A stretch of DNA of 64,000 nt from Octopus bimaculoides. Its lineage: Eukaryota. The stretch covers positions 2,637,683 to 2,701,682 of the forward strand of contig NC_068993.1 in assembly GCF_001194135.2 (NCBI RefSeq), written 5' to 3'. Every line of letters starts with the position of its first letter. Within the stretch, counting starts at the first letter, position 1. The notes beneath the pieces were generated by a model that was not told where the DNA came from, did no database searches, and worked only from the letters and a program-made list of their open reading frames with translations. Position numbers and translations under genes: made by a program. Positions 41,143-54,834 of this stretch are shown here, one piece after another.

Positions 41143-41146
<4 letters not shown>
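41007..41146 (-). mobile_element. Family C RTE-tailed repeat, truncated
   Basis: catcatcgtcgtttaacatccgctttccatgctggcatggg..ctggatgctcttcctaatgccaaccac. Confidence 0.85.
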
Positions 41147-41177
<31 letters not shown>

Positions 41178-41182
<5 letters not shown>

Positions 41183-41340
41183 GGCTTCTTTTTGTTTCCA
41201 TCTACCAAATCCACTCACAAGACTTTGGTCAGCCCGAGGCTAAAGTAGAAGACACTTGCCAAAGGTGCTATGCAGTAGGACTGAACCCGGAACCATGTGA
41301 TTGGTAAGCAAGCTACTTACCACGTAACCACTTCTGTGCC
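41178..41340 (-). mobile_element. Family B tRNA-SINE, full length
   Basis: Collinear with 32798-32960. Confidence 0.9.
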
Positions 41341-41848
41341 TAGCTATTTATAGAACTATTTTCAAGTATTGTAATTTTATAGTCTTAACCAAATTTTGTG
41401 CTGGCACCAAAAGCACATAAGTGGATGATAGCAGCACTTTTACCAGAGAATATTATAATACATTTGATGAAACCTAGATTAGAGAATCAGGGATTCAAAA
41501 ATAAAAGAAAATAAACAGAAACTTTAAAGACAAAATCGAATTTTATTTTTCCTCTTTGAAGTCAATAATTGGTCTAATTAGAGCGAAATATGTTTTTAAT
41601 CAATAAAATTAATTTTCCCCTGGCATGACAGTATTCTATTTCCTTTTTGATGTCTTATTCCTTTATCTCCATTTTATTTTATACACCATTGAGTTTTTAA
41701 CTTTGATTTCTTCACAAATCAAAGAATACAGTTTTTCCTGATGTTCACACTCTTATTTTAAACTGAGACACTCAACGCACGGCCAAATATTTACAAGCAT
41801 CAACCACTTATTCCTCTCCCTACACTTTTCATTGTTCTACACAGAAAG

Positions 41849-41909
<61 letters not shown>

Positions 41910-42233
41910 AGTACATATATACACACACACACATGTGAAAAGAACAAGTTCTCCATACAAATCATTCATCCACTCAGAAGACAGATATTGTCTGTTTATT
42001 ACTACACAAACACACACACACACAAATACACACACATAAACACACAAATACACACACATAAACACACAAATACACACACATACACAAACACACAAATACA
42101 CACACTCAAACACAAATATAGATATACACACACACACACACCAAGAGATATATGTACACATGCATACATACACGTTTACTTTGTTATCAACAATCAACAA
42201 CTCTATTTCACGCTTCCATCACATTAAACGTTT

Positions 42234-42276
<43 letters not shown>

Positions 42277-43271
42277 TTGGAAAGATATCACTTCACTAAA
42301 ACCATATACAAAATATTAACATATATTAATAACACATATACACTTCCACATATGTCCTTACACACAGAAACACAGTCACACATACATATTATGTATACAC
42401 ACACATGCACACACACATGCATATAGACACATACACACTTTAGCAGTCGAATGCCATCACACTCCCATCACTTGTACAATCTGAGATCATTCATAGAGAT
42501 ACACTGAATACATTCTTCCACTCAAATACACAAAAACTTGTCCTGAAAATAATATTTTGTTCAAAAAATTTTACCAATATTTAAATAATAAAAAAATAAA
42601 TATAATTCAATGATATCCACTATAAAGGAAGAAAAAAAAACCATTTTGTAGGTGAACTATGTCTATTATGGCTTTAGTGCAGACTGGTGAATATGGTGAG
42701 TGAGAGAATTTGCAGAAGAGTTAAGTGTGAGATGAAATAAGAATAGAAATACATCTCTCATCGACACAAAAAAAAAAAAAAATCAAGTTTTTATTTTATT
42801 CCTTTTCAAGTAACTACTTGTCTTTGGAGTATAAACATCTTGTAATTCATTTCAATTTGTTATGAAAATAAAAATCAAAAACGTTGTTGTTATTCAATTC
42901 TACTGATTCCAAATTGACTTCATTTAGTTCTCTTCTGATGTATTTTCATTTTTGTATTTGTTTGAGAGACAGGATTGATAATTTAGTGGCTGTGTGTCAG
43001 CTTTACAATATTAATTTCATTTCATTTCAACCCTAAGTGGGTCTTCATTTTGTCCTAGGATACAAAATTTCACATTTTATAGGGTTCACATTTAAATTAA
43101 AATTTTCTGTTCTCTGTAAAAATATTCAGGATTTAAGTTAGCAACCATAATGCTTTAAAGGGCCTTCAATATTAGTAAGAAAGAAAGAGGGAGATAATTT
43201 CTAAGCAGATGTTTGACTTAAATGCTTGTAATAGCAAGGGGTCCACTGAAAGAACCCAAGGTACCAGGTCT

Positions 43272-43600
43272 AGCCATCCATCCATTTTCCTGGAATTGTC
43301 ATGGGGGTAGAGGCCTCAAGCACCTCCTCTACAGGAACCTTTCAGAAGAAATGGTCATTAGACTTTCTGACTGCATTCCCAAGTGTAACAAAATGTGACT
43401 ATGGGTTTTATCCAGCCATCTTTCTCTTGGACTACCCATAGGTCTCCACCAGTTGGCTTGGCTTGAAGAAGCTAGCTTGTGATTCTTTCCTGTTAACATT
43501 TGAATCACATGTCCCTGATACCAGAGCTGAGGTTTCTCAATGCAGAGAAGTAGTAACTTACCCTGAAGAAACACCCTGATCTCCAATCTACACACCCTTG
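43272..43600 (-). mobile_element. RTE-clade (Rex3/Expander-like) LINE 3' end
   Basis: LLLLCIEKPQLWYQGHVIQM..WWRPMGSPRERWLD..LHLG matches LLL.IE.SQLRW.GH..RM..RPRGRPR.RW.D. It is followed by an atggatggatgg tail. Confidence 0.8.
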
Positions 43601-43656
43601 TTCTCTAATATTATTGCTCCAGGCAGCTTTTGGAAGAATCCCATTTTAGCCAGGCA

Positions 43657-43795
43657 CATAATGTGGCTGTCCTGAAAGGGACGATGTTACTGTTGTTTTA
43701 GCCCCAAGAAACATCGTTTCTAGCTGGCTATACGAAACACTATCTGTGTCCTTATAGAACAGTAACATCGTCCCTTTTTGGACAACCACATTATG
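43657..43795. repeat. Family H copy with a 38-bp inverted repeat
   Basis: Arms at 43657-43694 and 43758-43795 match at 35 of 38 positions; spacer 63 bp. Confidence 0.85.
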
Positions 43796-44555
43796 TTAGC
43801 AAATAGCTTTTACTTTAAAGTACTGTTACTGAATGTCTCTCTTTGAAAGACTTAGAAATAATAATATTTCTATTATCAAAGAGTCCACAGTTTTTGTGAG
43901 CAATTGGCACAGCTTGATACTAAAAGAAATCACAAAGTGAGTTGACAGCTGCTAATATAATAGCAGTAGTTCATTGCGCTTAACTAAAGGCATCCCTCAC
44001 TCATGGAATGAGTCCTTAATCAAGCTAAGAGACCTTACATATAAAAACAGAATCCTGGATATTTGCTTTAAGAAATATTAAGGTATTGTCATTGATATTC
44101 TTCCATCTTGTGATTACAATATGGTATGAAAGACATTGAGATCTGTTCTTAATCATAAATGAAAGTTTCTCAATGTGATTATGTACATATTGAATATAAT
44201 ACATCAATGAATCTATCAATTTATAATCTCAAATTTTATTTAACAAGGCAAAGTGTGAAAATTAATTTCAAAGCAATTATATAATATTGGCTACAGGTTT
44301 AATTGCTAGATACTAAGCATAAGGCAGTACGCTTCATGAATGGGATATTTCAATGTAATTAGCTTCATTTGAGCATATAATTAAATATAGATATATGTCA
44401 GGTTAATGAAGTTGTCGTTTCTTTAATCATTTGGAGAAAAGACTTTAAATAGATTTGATGCTCATTGTTTTATCCACATATATACACATGCATGTACATG
44501 TCTGTTAGTGTGTATATATATATACATACACACACACATGTATGCATATGTAGGT

Positions 44556-44602
<47 letters not shown>

Positions 44603-44815
44603 NNNNNNNNNNNNNNNNNNNNNNNNNNNNNNNNNNNNNNNNNNNNNNNNNNNNNNNNNNNNNNNNNNNNNNNNNNNNNNNNNNNNNNNNNNNNNNNNNN
44701 NNNNNNNNNNNNNNNNNNNNNNNNNNNNNNNNNNNNNNNNNNNNNNNNNNNNNNNNNNNNNNNNNNNNNNNNNNNNNNNNNNNNNNNNNNNNNNNNNNNN
44801 NNNNNNNNNNNNNNN

Positions 44816-44853
<38 letters not shown>

Positions 44854-45104
44854 TAGATATATCTATGTGCATGTATACACACAATCATGTATGTACATAT
44901 ATTCATGTGAGTGTATATAAATGTTTGTGTGCATATCGTCTATATATGTATATATGTGTGTCTTTATATATACATATTTATATGCATACATACACACACA
45001 CACAAACATGCATATTTCTCTTTATATATATGTATGTGGGGGAGTGTATACATGCACATATAAATAACATATTGCTATTAATACAGGTGCCAGCATGGTA
45101 TATG

Positions 45105-45258
45105 AGTAGACATAGCCCTGTGGTTAAGACGTTTGCTCACAATCATTTGGTCTCAGGTTCCATCCTGCTACTAGGTAACTTGGCAACAAAGTATGTAATA
45201 TGACACTCTTAAGCTGTTACATAGCTTGTGAGACTTTGTAGTAGATGAAATGCATACG

Positions 45259-45290
<32 letters not shown>

Positions 45291-45880
45291 ACTTGAGAAG
45301 AAGACCCATCAAGCTGAACAAAATTGCAGCCATAGCAGATATTGGTGTCACACAAATGGCACCCATGCCAATGGTATGTAAAAACACCCATTACACTCTC
45401 ACAGTGGTTGGCATTAGGAAGGTTATGCAACCATAGAAAACCATGCCAAATCAGACTGGAGTCTGGTGCACCCTTCTAGCTTACCAGCCCTGGTCATACC
45501 ATTCAACCCATGCCAGCATGGACAATGTACATCGAATGATGATGATGAGGAGGAGGAGGATGAGGATGATATGTAGGCATGTATTTGTGTATCTGTGTTT
45601 GTCCTTGCACCATCACTTGACAACTGATGTCAGAATGTTTACATCCCCATAACCTAGCAGTTTGGCAAAAGCAACCAATAGAATAAGTGCTATGCTTACA
45701 AAGAATAAGTCCCGGGGTCGACTTCTTGACTAAAGGCGGTGCTCTAGCATGGCCACAATCAAATGACTGAAACAAGTAAAAGAATATATATGTATGTGTA
45801 TGTATGTGTATGCACACACACACATTGATACAGTTTGGTCTACCAAATCCACCCACAAGTCTTCTACTACAGCCAGGGGC
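45105..45880 (+). mobile_element. Cluster of family B, C and D short retroposon pieces
   Basis: B-like head at about 45105-45200. C at about 45290-45545 ends ccatgccagcatggacaatgtacatcgaatgatgatg. D at about 45605-45785 reads cacttgacaactgatg..gaataagtcccggggtcgac..aaatgactgaaacaagtaaaaga. Confidence 0.7.
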
Positions 45881-46433
45881 TACTTTAGTAAGAGATGGTA
45901 ATAGAGGAAACTTATTGAATCCTGTGTTGTTCAGTCAGAGCTGACCTGGAACTAAAAAACAATGCCAACAACACAAGCACGAACCACATAGAATCTTGCT
46001 CAGTCTTATAATGCATTCTGAATTAAAAACATATTGCATTCAAATGGAAGAACTGCCCACCCCTACTGAATATCGTAGTTTGAATAATTAACCCAAGTTT
46101 AACTAATAAGATTATCTCATTTATTTCTCAATTAATAATAATAAAGAAAAAAAATAACAATAAAATAAACAGAATTGAGTCTAACTTGAAAGAATATAGT
46201 GACGTTTGGAATTCTAAATTATTTGCAACTCTTAAAAACCATTCACAAAGACTAAGAATATTGATTTGCAGAGACTTTGGTAGTTCTTCTTACTGCTGCT
46301 GCTGCTGGAAGTGCATTCTCTTTCCTTGTCTTTCTTCGAAGAATTTGCCGTTAAATGAGTTATTGCTTTATTTTGTTATTCAATTATTCATTATTACTTT
46401 ATTTATTAATTGTTATTGCTGTTGTTGTTGTTG

Positions 46434-46465
<32 letters not shown>

Positions 46466-47249
46466 TTTATTTTTATTATTACTATTACTATTATTATTAT
46501 TATTGTTATTATTATTATTATTATTATTACTCTCATCATCATCATCATTATTATTATTATTATTAATATTTATATATATTCTATATTTTGGATGAGAATT
46601 GGTATTAATCAAATGATTGAAAATAATTTACTGGCGATGATAAAATGCAATATTAAAATATGTAACAACAACAACAACAACAACAATGCTACTGTTTGGC
46701 AGTGTCTGAAAATAGAAGTAAAATATTTATATCAGGTAAAAATTCTTCTTCTTTCACTCCTCTTCCAGCCTGTTCATATTTACCAATATTCTATAAGCTT
46801 CCTGCTGTTTCCTCAGTTGCCAAGTTCTCTGTTGCAAAATATAAAGGTTTCTACTCAGTGTGTTCTCAGTCACTTCGAGTTTGCCTGAAGATGACGGAAA
46901 TTTAAAGGAATGGTAATATGATGGCTGACAGGGTTTTGAGAGTCACAGGATTTTGAAACTCACAGAGTCTTGAGACTCACAGAGTTTCGTCTAGCTTTTG
47001 GCAATCTGAATCCTTGGCCTGGTTTTAATGCTTCATTTCTCTTGATTTACCATGCTACTTTCCTTTAGAAATACATGTTCACACAGACACACACGCATGC
47101 ATGCACGCACGCACACACACTATAGATGCACAGATATGCATATACTAACACATGGTGGAATATAGACATGCACATACACATGTGTGCACACACGCATACA
47201 CATATAAGCACATATTCACACACACTCGCACACATGAATATACACTTGT

Positions 47250-47292
<43 letters not shown>

Positions 47293-47671
47293 ATAAACAG
47301 TAGAGATGGAAAATGGAGTACACAGGAAACTTTATTGCTCACAACGATCGTTTCAACCCATTCAGCATCGATCCCTTGTGGGTGGGAAACTATGCAACCT
47401 GTTGTGGTGCATCTGTTGGTGCAGTAGCACCTTGTCAAGTGATATTATAAGAGGTGTCTTGTCAAATAAACTCTGTTTCAATTGGATTTAACACAGCATG
47501 TCGTTGGCATCCATAGGTTAAAGCTGTTGGGAAGGAATGGTGAGGGACAGATTCCGATGCAAAGTTATAGACAGGGAGTAATTAAGAAGAAGAATAAGGA
47601 GAATAGAATAAAGTAACACATTAGGTGCATCAGCACCCAGGTTAGTTCCATGTCAACACTTATGCCCTTTT

Positions 47672-47715
<44 letters not shown>

Positions 47716-47739
47716 TCACTTATATGGGCAGTTAAGTAG

Positions 47740-47774
<35 letters not shown>

Positions 47775-47775
<1 letters not shown>

Positions 47776-47924
47776 TCGCCAAGCCAACATGGCAGTCCCA
47801 AAATTAGGACGAAAGCTGCCGTGAATTAGCTCCAAGAAGCCATCGCCTCTAGCTAGCTATGTGACACACGAAACCTGTGTCCTTTATAACCTTCGAACAG
47901 GGGAGGTCAGCAGTGTCCCCCTGC

Positions 47925-47925
<1 letters not shown>
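47775..47925 (+). repeat. Family H copy, CpG-retaining, best preserved
   Basis: gccaacatggcagtcccaaaattaggacgaaagctgccgtgaattagctcc..gctatgtgacacacgaaacctgtgtcc. Confidence 0.6.
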
Positions 47926-47969
<44 letters not shown>

Positions 47970-48016
47970 TATATATATATACACACACACACACACACTC
48001 TAGTATGCATATATAT

Positions 48017-48049
<33 letters not shown>

Positions 48050-49249
48050 TGGAATGTACCAGAATGTACATTTGACAGGTAACACTCTAGTATATCACAT
48101 GATTTCAGTTTTCTTCTCCAACTGAAATGAAGCGTTTTGCATCAATTAAAATTGAACAATATTGTTTCTAACTTGGAAAATGTTTCTGTTTTTTTTTCTT
48201 TTGTCAACAATAAATGTCTGTGTTCTTAGTTCTTTAAACAAAAGTAATGTCAGAATTAAATAAATATACGAATAAATATTTATTTGTTGTATATACACAC
48301 TGATGAAACAAATAAAGAAACAGTTGAATGATTGACGTTCTAAAGGTAGAGCTAGCTACAAACGAAGGAAAATATTTTTGAATTTAAGTGAAGAAGGAGA
48401 AGAAGAAGAAATAGATGGTGTGCTGGCAGAGTTGTTAGAGAGTTGCATTGAATACATTATGTTGCCTTTTGCCTTTCTGCAATCTGAGTTCGAATCCTAC
48501 TGTGGTCAATTGTTCTTTTGGAAGTTTTTTTTAGGTGGATTGGCAGAACTGTTAGCTTGATGGATGAGATGTTGACCCCTGTTCTGGTCCCTGCAATAAC
48601 ACTGATGGCAAACTGTACTGGACTCTGTGGTGACACTGGGACTGAGGTGTTCTGGCTCCTGCACTTCTCTGACATCAGTGGCATAGAAAGGTGGGGGACG
48701 AGTCTACTTTAGAAATCCTCACCTTAAGCTACGCCTTAGGAACTTCCCAAGTGGAGATTGTGTTGTTATGGGATAAACAGACTTCAAATATGTAATTTTA
48801 AATATCTACAACTTGGAATTGAACTCACATTTCATACTTAGCCAGCAAGGAATTTATCCCATGTTTATTGAGATATAAGTTTTATGCTTTCTTTCTGAAA
48901 CAGATTCACCTCTGTTAACATTGTCTGTTGTGTTTTTCTGTAAATTTAGTTAGAATTTGTTACTGTAACACAGATAAATTGACTAATTTGTAAATTAATT
49001 AGTTGACTAATTGCTTTTTGGTTAATTGAATTCTATGTTAAATGAGTTGTAATGAAAAATTCGATTTAGAACTCGAGACATCATCCATTCCAGAAAATGG
49101 ATAGGTGAAAGTTAACAGAATTATCTCCAAACAATTTTGTCCAATACCTGAGAAGAAATGTGTCAAAGTATGTTTGGTGACATTGGTTAAAAGACTATTT
49201 GTGAGAATTCTACAGCTAAACGTCAATATTAATATCACCTGTGAATGCA

Positions 49250-49458
49250 ACAAGCTGGTAGAATCATTAACTCACCAGGTAAATTACTTAGCAGCATTTC
49301 ATCCATCTCATTATGTTCTGAGTTCAAATTATTCCACAGTCAACTTTGCCTTTCATCCTTTTGGGGGTTCAATAAAATAAGTACCAGCTCTGCACTGGGG
49401 TTGATGTAATCAGTTTTCCCTTCTCAAAACTGCTGGCTTTGTGTTAAAATTTGAACCC
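49250..49458 (+). mobile_element. Family A SINE
   Basis: gagttcaaatt..gtcaactttgcctttcatccttttgggg..aataagtaccag..ctggggttgatgtaatc. Confidence 0.85.
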
Positions 49459-50807
49459 AATGAGCTGGGTTTTTTCCATATTCAGTACCCCTGTACAGCG
49501 CCTTCTGAAAGAGCTTTGATTCTATAAAGGCTTTGAGAATGTGTCCTCCAGAATAGACTTGATTGTATCAAAACCCCTTTCAAGTGAAATTTGTGACATG
49601 GAATCTCTAGGCTAATGTCAGGATATTAGGACTCTAGGCTAGCACCACAAAAACAATGTCCTTTAGTCTGCTTACAGCTATTTGTTGAATACAATCAACG
49701 ACAATAGCTCATGCTACATATATATACCACTACTATAATTCCCACCCACCACCCCCATTGCCATCACTACCACCCTAAAAGCAAAGAAGAGGAAGACCTG
49801 AGTTGCATTTGAATCCAGAACACCAAGATCGAATTGAGATTTCCTTTTTTAATTCACCGATGTAAGACCACAGCATGCGTCCATCAACATATGTGGTTCA
49901 TATTCATATACCTCAAGGAATATGAACAGCAAGAACCAGATGAGAGACCACATGAGAATCTATTTACCATTCTAATGTCTTTGACAGTTCACCAAGATAT
50001 CATCACAACATATTTCTATCAATCGGCATCTTTCCTATTCACAAACCACCAAAAATCTTGCAAGCCCTAATCACATAGGTGAAATGAATAAATAAATCTT
50101 TTCATTAACTTGTCTTTAACAGCATCTCACCAGTTTTAAGACCATCCGTTGACAATTATCTTGCCTGTAATACGTGATAAGTCTCTTAATTACTTCCTAT
50201 TGTCAATGGATTAAGGCGATGACAGATTGTTAACAAAAGGAACTTTGAGAAGCTTCACACACAATCCAATGAGCCTTTTATTAGTAACACTTTCATCAGA
50301 TATTTATCACATGCACCAGATGTGTTCTTATTAATGTTACTGGATTTCAATTTGTTTGGCATTGTTTTTAGTTGTGCATGAGATTTTCAAGTTCCATTCA
50401 GATGTGCAATATCGGAAATAATCTGAAACCAATGTGACAGGTTTAACTAGAATAAAATTGCTGCTAGGATAATTAAGTGGTATTCTCTGGACATTATCTA
50501 TTTACTGATTGGATTATAAGCATTAAATGTATGTGTATCTGCGCATGTATATGTGTTGTATTTTGTATGTATGTGTGCATGCCTGAATGGATTTTGTTTT
50601 CTAAGAATTGTGGTAGAAGTCCTATGTGGAAACAGTTGTGATTGAGTAGATACAGATGTCAGCTTCTCTATTCATAGGTTGTGAGTTTCACTTCTTATAT
50701 CAAGTCTTGAGATAAGATACACAATAAGGTATTTTATGTTCTTCTGGGTCAGGCAATCTGACCTGGAATTCATTAAAATTTTCATCATTATAAATCATTT
50801 TTTTTTA

Positions 50808-51008
50808 GGGCAGTGAGTTGGTAGAACCATTAACACACCAGGCAAAATGTTTAGTGGCATTTTATGTGATTTTGCAATCTGAGTTCAAATACCTCCAAGG
50901 CCAGCTTTGTCTTTCATCCTTTCGGGGTTAATAAAAGATAAGTACTAGTTGAGCATTTGAGTTGATATGATTGACTTTCACTCCCTTCCAAAATTCGAAG
51001 CCATTATT
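50808..51008 (+). mobile_element. Family A SINE
   Basis: gggcagtgagttggtagaacc..gagttcaaatacc..ctttcatcctttcgggg..aagtactag. Confidence 0.8.
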
Positions 51009-51249
51009 ATAAGTCCTTTCATTGATCTTATGAGTTAAAATAAAACATGATTAGTTAAAATTAAGATCATACATAATTAAATGATAATTAAATGATAAAA
51101 TATTTTGTAAAAAATAAAGTTCTCAGTAAAAAGTAATAGCCAAATATTTATAAGGCACAAATTGTAAAGTTGAGCACTGAACTCTGTGGAGGGGCAATCG
51201 ATTGCAATGTTAGCTTTCTCACAAACATTCCCGCAAGGACTTAGAATAT

Positions 51250-51392
51250 TCTTTTCTACTCTAGGCATAAAGCCCGAAACTTTTATCAACCCTGGTGGAA
51301 TCGCCCTTGGTGGAATTTGAACTCAGAATGTATAGACAGACAAAATACCGCAAAGCATTTCACCCGGTGTGCTAATGTTTCTGTCAGCTCGC
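51250..51392 (-). mobile_element. Family A SINE, core partly deleted
   Basis: gaatttgaactcagaatg..aaataccgcaaagcatttcacccggtgtgctaatgtttctgtcagctcgc. Confidence 0.75.
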
Positions 51393-51580
51393 TGATTTAA
51401 GTACTTAAAATAGTGATTCACAAATGATGCACAAATGATGCACAAAAGGATAATGATGCATCACAAAGAATATCTAAATACTTATAAAAATATATTTTTA
51501 AAAAAGGTTTTTATACATGGAGAGTGACTGAAGGATTCAATACAGGCACAAGTATAATAGTTTACATATAAGTATAATAG

Positions 51581-51612
<32 letters not shown>

Positions 51613-52071
51613 TTGAAAGAGACAGAAAGAGGATGATAAAAAGAAAGTGTAATTTTTTTTGCAGACGTTTCAACACCCATACCTACATATATATATTTTC
51701 TCTCTCTGTCCTCTGTATTCAACACTGATATTTTCTGATCAGTAATAAGATGCCTCTGGTCATATCCTGAATTCTTCATAAATAAATCTCTTTCTACCTT
51801 TGTATTGTATATTTATTTTTTTCTGTGTTTATATTCATACTTTTTTGGTTACCTTATCATCATCATCATCATCATCATCACCATCATCATCATCATCGTC
51901 ATCTTACTTTTCTAACTATATCACCAGTACTACTATTATTTAAGACATTGAAAACATATATTCGTCTGACATCTTATACAGATGAAGAAATAAAGAAATT
52001 TTAACAGCGAAACTTTTTTTAATACTTTTCATATATAACGCTATATATATATAATTGTGTGTGCGTGTGTG

Positions 52072-52110
<39 letters not shown>

Positions 52111-54834
52111 GTATATATGTGTGTGTGTATAGATAGATAAGTAGATAGATAGATGAATAGATAAATAGAAGATGGATACAAATATACAGACACATACATA
52201 TACATGTATATGTATGTGTATGAGTATATGTATATATAAATATATATATATATATATACATGTATATNNNNNNNNNNNNNNNNNNNNNNNNNNNNNNNNN
52301 NNNNNNNNNNNNNNNNNNNNNNNNNNNNNNNNNNNNNNNNNNNNNNNNNNNNNNNNNNNNNNNNNNNNNNNNNNNNNNNNNNNNNNNNNNNNNNNNNNNN
52401 NNNNNNNNNNNNNNNNNNNNNNNNNNNNNNNNNNNNNNNNNNNNNNNNNNNNNNNNNNNNNNNNNNNNNNNNNNNNNNNNNNNNNNNNNNNNNNNNNNNN
52501 NNNNNNNNNNNNNNNNNNNNNNNNNNNNNNNNNNNNNNNNNNNNNNNNNNNNNNNNNNNNNNNNNNNNNNNNNNNNNNNNNNNNNNNNNNNNNNNNNNNN
52601 NNNNNNNNNNNNNNNNNNNNNNNNNNNNNNNNNNNNNNNNNNNNNNNNNNNNNNNNNNNNNNNNNNNNNNNNNNNNNNNNNNNNNNNNNNNNNNNNNNNN
52701 NNNNNNNNNNNNNNNNNNNNNNNNNNNNNNNNNNNNNNNNNNNNNNNNNNNNNNNNNNAAACATAATAAAGATACGGACATCGGAATATAAGAATGATGA
52801 TTCTTTTTTGGGGGTGGGTGGGATGGGGTGTCAATTGGTGGATATTTATTGGTTTAGAAAATATTCAAAAAAACAAGAAGTAAAAACAAAACAAACTATT
52901 TACAATCTTTTTGATCTTAACTCGAAAATAAAAGTGGGCAGAAAATTCTTAAAGAAATCCAGTTAATGACATCAGTAAATAAATAAATAAAGGAATAACT
53001 TAGAGGTTTATGAAGCTGTAAATTATTGCTCCCATGTTCATAACTTACCAGAGGTGCTGTATCAAAATTTCAGGGTGAAAAATCCTTTTTTAATTACCCT
53101 TGTAAATATTCTCATTTCTAATGAATATTTTTCAGGTTAGCAAGCATATCAGCTTGTTAAATTTATGTGGAGGAAATATATTTGTGGGCATATCTCTCTC
53201 TTCCTCTCTCTCACTATCTGTCTATCTATCTATTTATCTATCTGTCTATTTATTCATCTATACAAACATGTGCACACACATGCATGCATACACACACAAA
53301 CACACGCACACAGAGTTTCTTTATAAATACTGAAGTCAAGAGTGTGTCTCACGACTCCAGTTTCATACAACAGTGATCATCAGGCAAAACAACTTTATGT
53401 GAAAACCAAAATACAAATAAAATTTTTAGGTTCTTGAAGCAAAATTTGTTTCAGTTTATTTTGAAAAGAACCAGGAATTTGAAGGAATTTAGTAAATCTT
53501 CACACGGTTTTAAGAAACTTGAGTTCGGAGACAAATTCTTAGCTTCACTTGTAATAAAGAAGCAATATGTATTGAGCACTCAACATACACATACGTACAC
53601 ACACACACACACACACACATGCACACACACAGATATGTATACATACATATATATATATATATACATATATAAATATATATANNNNNNNNNNNNNNNNNNN
53701 NNNNNNNNNNNNNNNNNNNNNNNNNNNNNNNNNNNNNNNNNNNNNNNNNNNNNNNNNNNNNNNNNNNNNNNNNNNNNNNNNNNNNNNNNNNNNNNNNNNN
53801 NNNNNNNNNNNNNNNNNNNNNNNNNNNNNNNNNNNNNNNNNNNNNNNNNNNNNNNNNNNNNNNNNNNNNNNNNNNNNNNNNNNNNNNNNNNNNNNNNNNN
53901 NNNNNNNNNNNNNNNNNNNNNNNTATATATATATATATATATATATATGGGAAAATCATATATTTGGTGAAAATCATATTAATATACTCATTTAGAATTG
54001 TAGGTGTTCATGGTTAATAAATTATAACTATGTCATTTTAATTTTTAATGAAAATTTTGGAAAGTGAAATCTCTTCCTATATTAGAATCACCAAATTCAA
54101 GAATTCATAGAAATTAACTTTAGCTTTCCAGAAATATCCATTGGAAGCTAAATTGGAAATGCCTCTGGAATATCTAATATGGAAAATGTAGAATATCTTT
54201 AATGCAGAAATTTTTGGTCCAGTTTTATTTGCCATATGAAACAGAATGATGTGTTAGAAATTATGAAGATCTTCAGCAGAAGAAGATAGAATGTGGTCAT
54301 TCTCTGATTTACATTGTAAATCGATATTCAAGAATTCATTTCCAAGAAAACCTCCAATGGTTTATATGATCAGCATGAAACTAAAAGGAAAAAAAATATC
54401 TTAAAGTGAAATAAAAAATTATGAATTCTGTTAAATACTTGTATAATATGTTTAATTTTATTTTGAGAATAATCAGATATTTGAGGGATTACAGTAAAAT
54501 TATTATGTTAAACCTGATGTTTGAAACATAATCTATCAAAGAAATGAGAAATTATGAGAAATGAGCCCCAGGAGGTGAGGTAGGTGTTGAAGCAAGTGTC
54601 ACTGACCATATTCTATGGCAACACCTTTGCAACCATGTCTGTGAGGTGTAGCTAAACACACCATTTGTTCTGGGGTGTACACCCTATTAGTGCCTCACCC
54701 AACCATTCACTGCTACTTAATCCCCCCACCTCATTGTTTTCTTTTTCTTTTTTATAGGTCTTTTTCTTGATTCTTTTTCTTTGATTCTTTATGATTTTAT
54801 TGTTCTTTTTCCATCACTATTCATTATTATGGCT

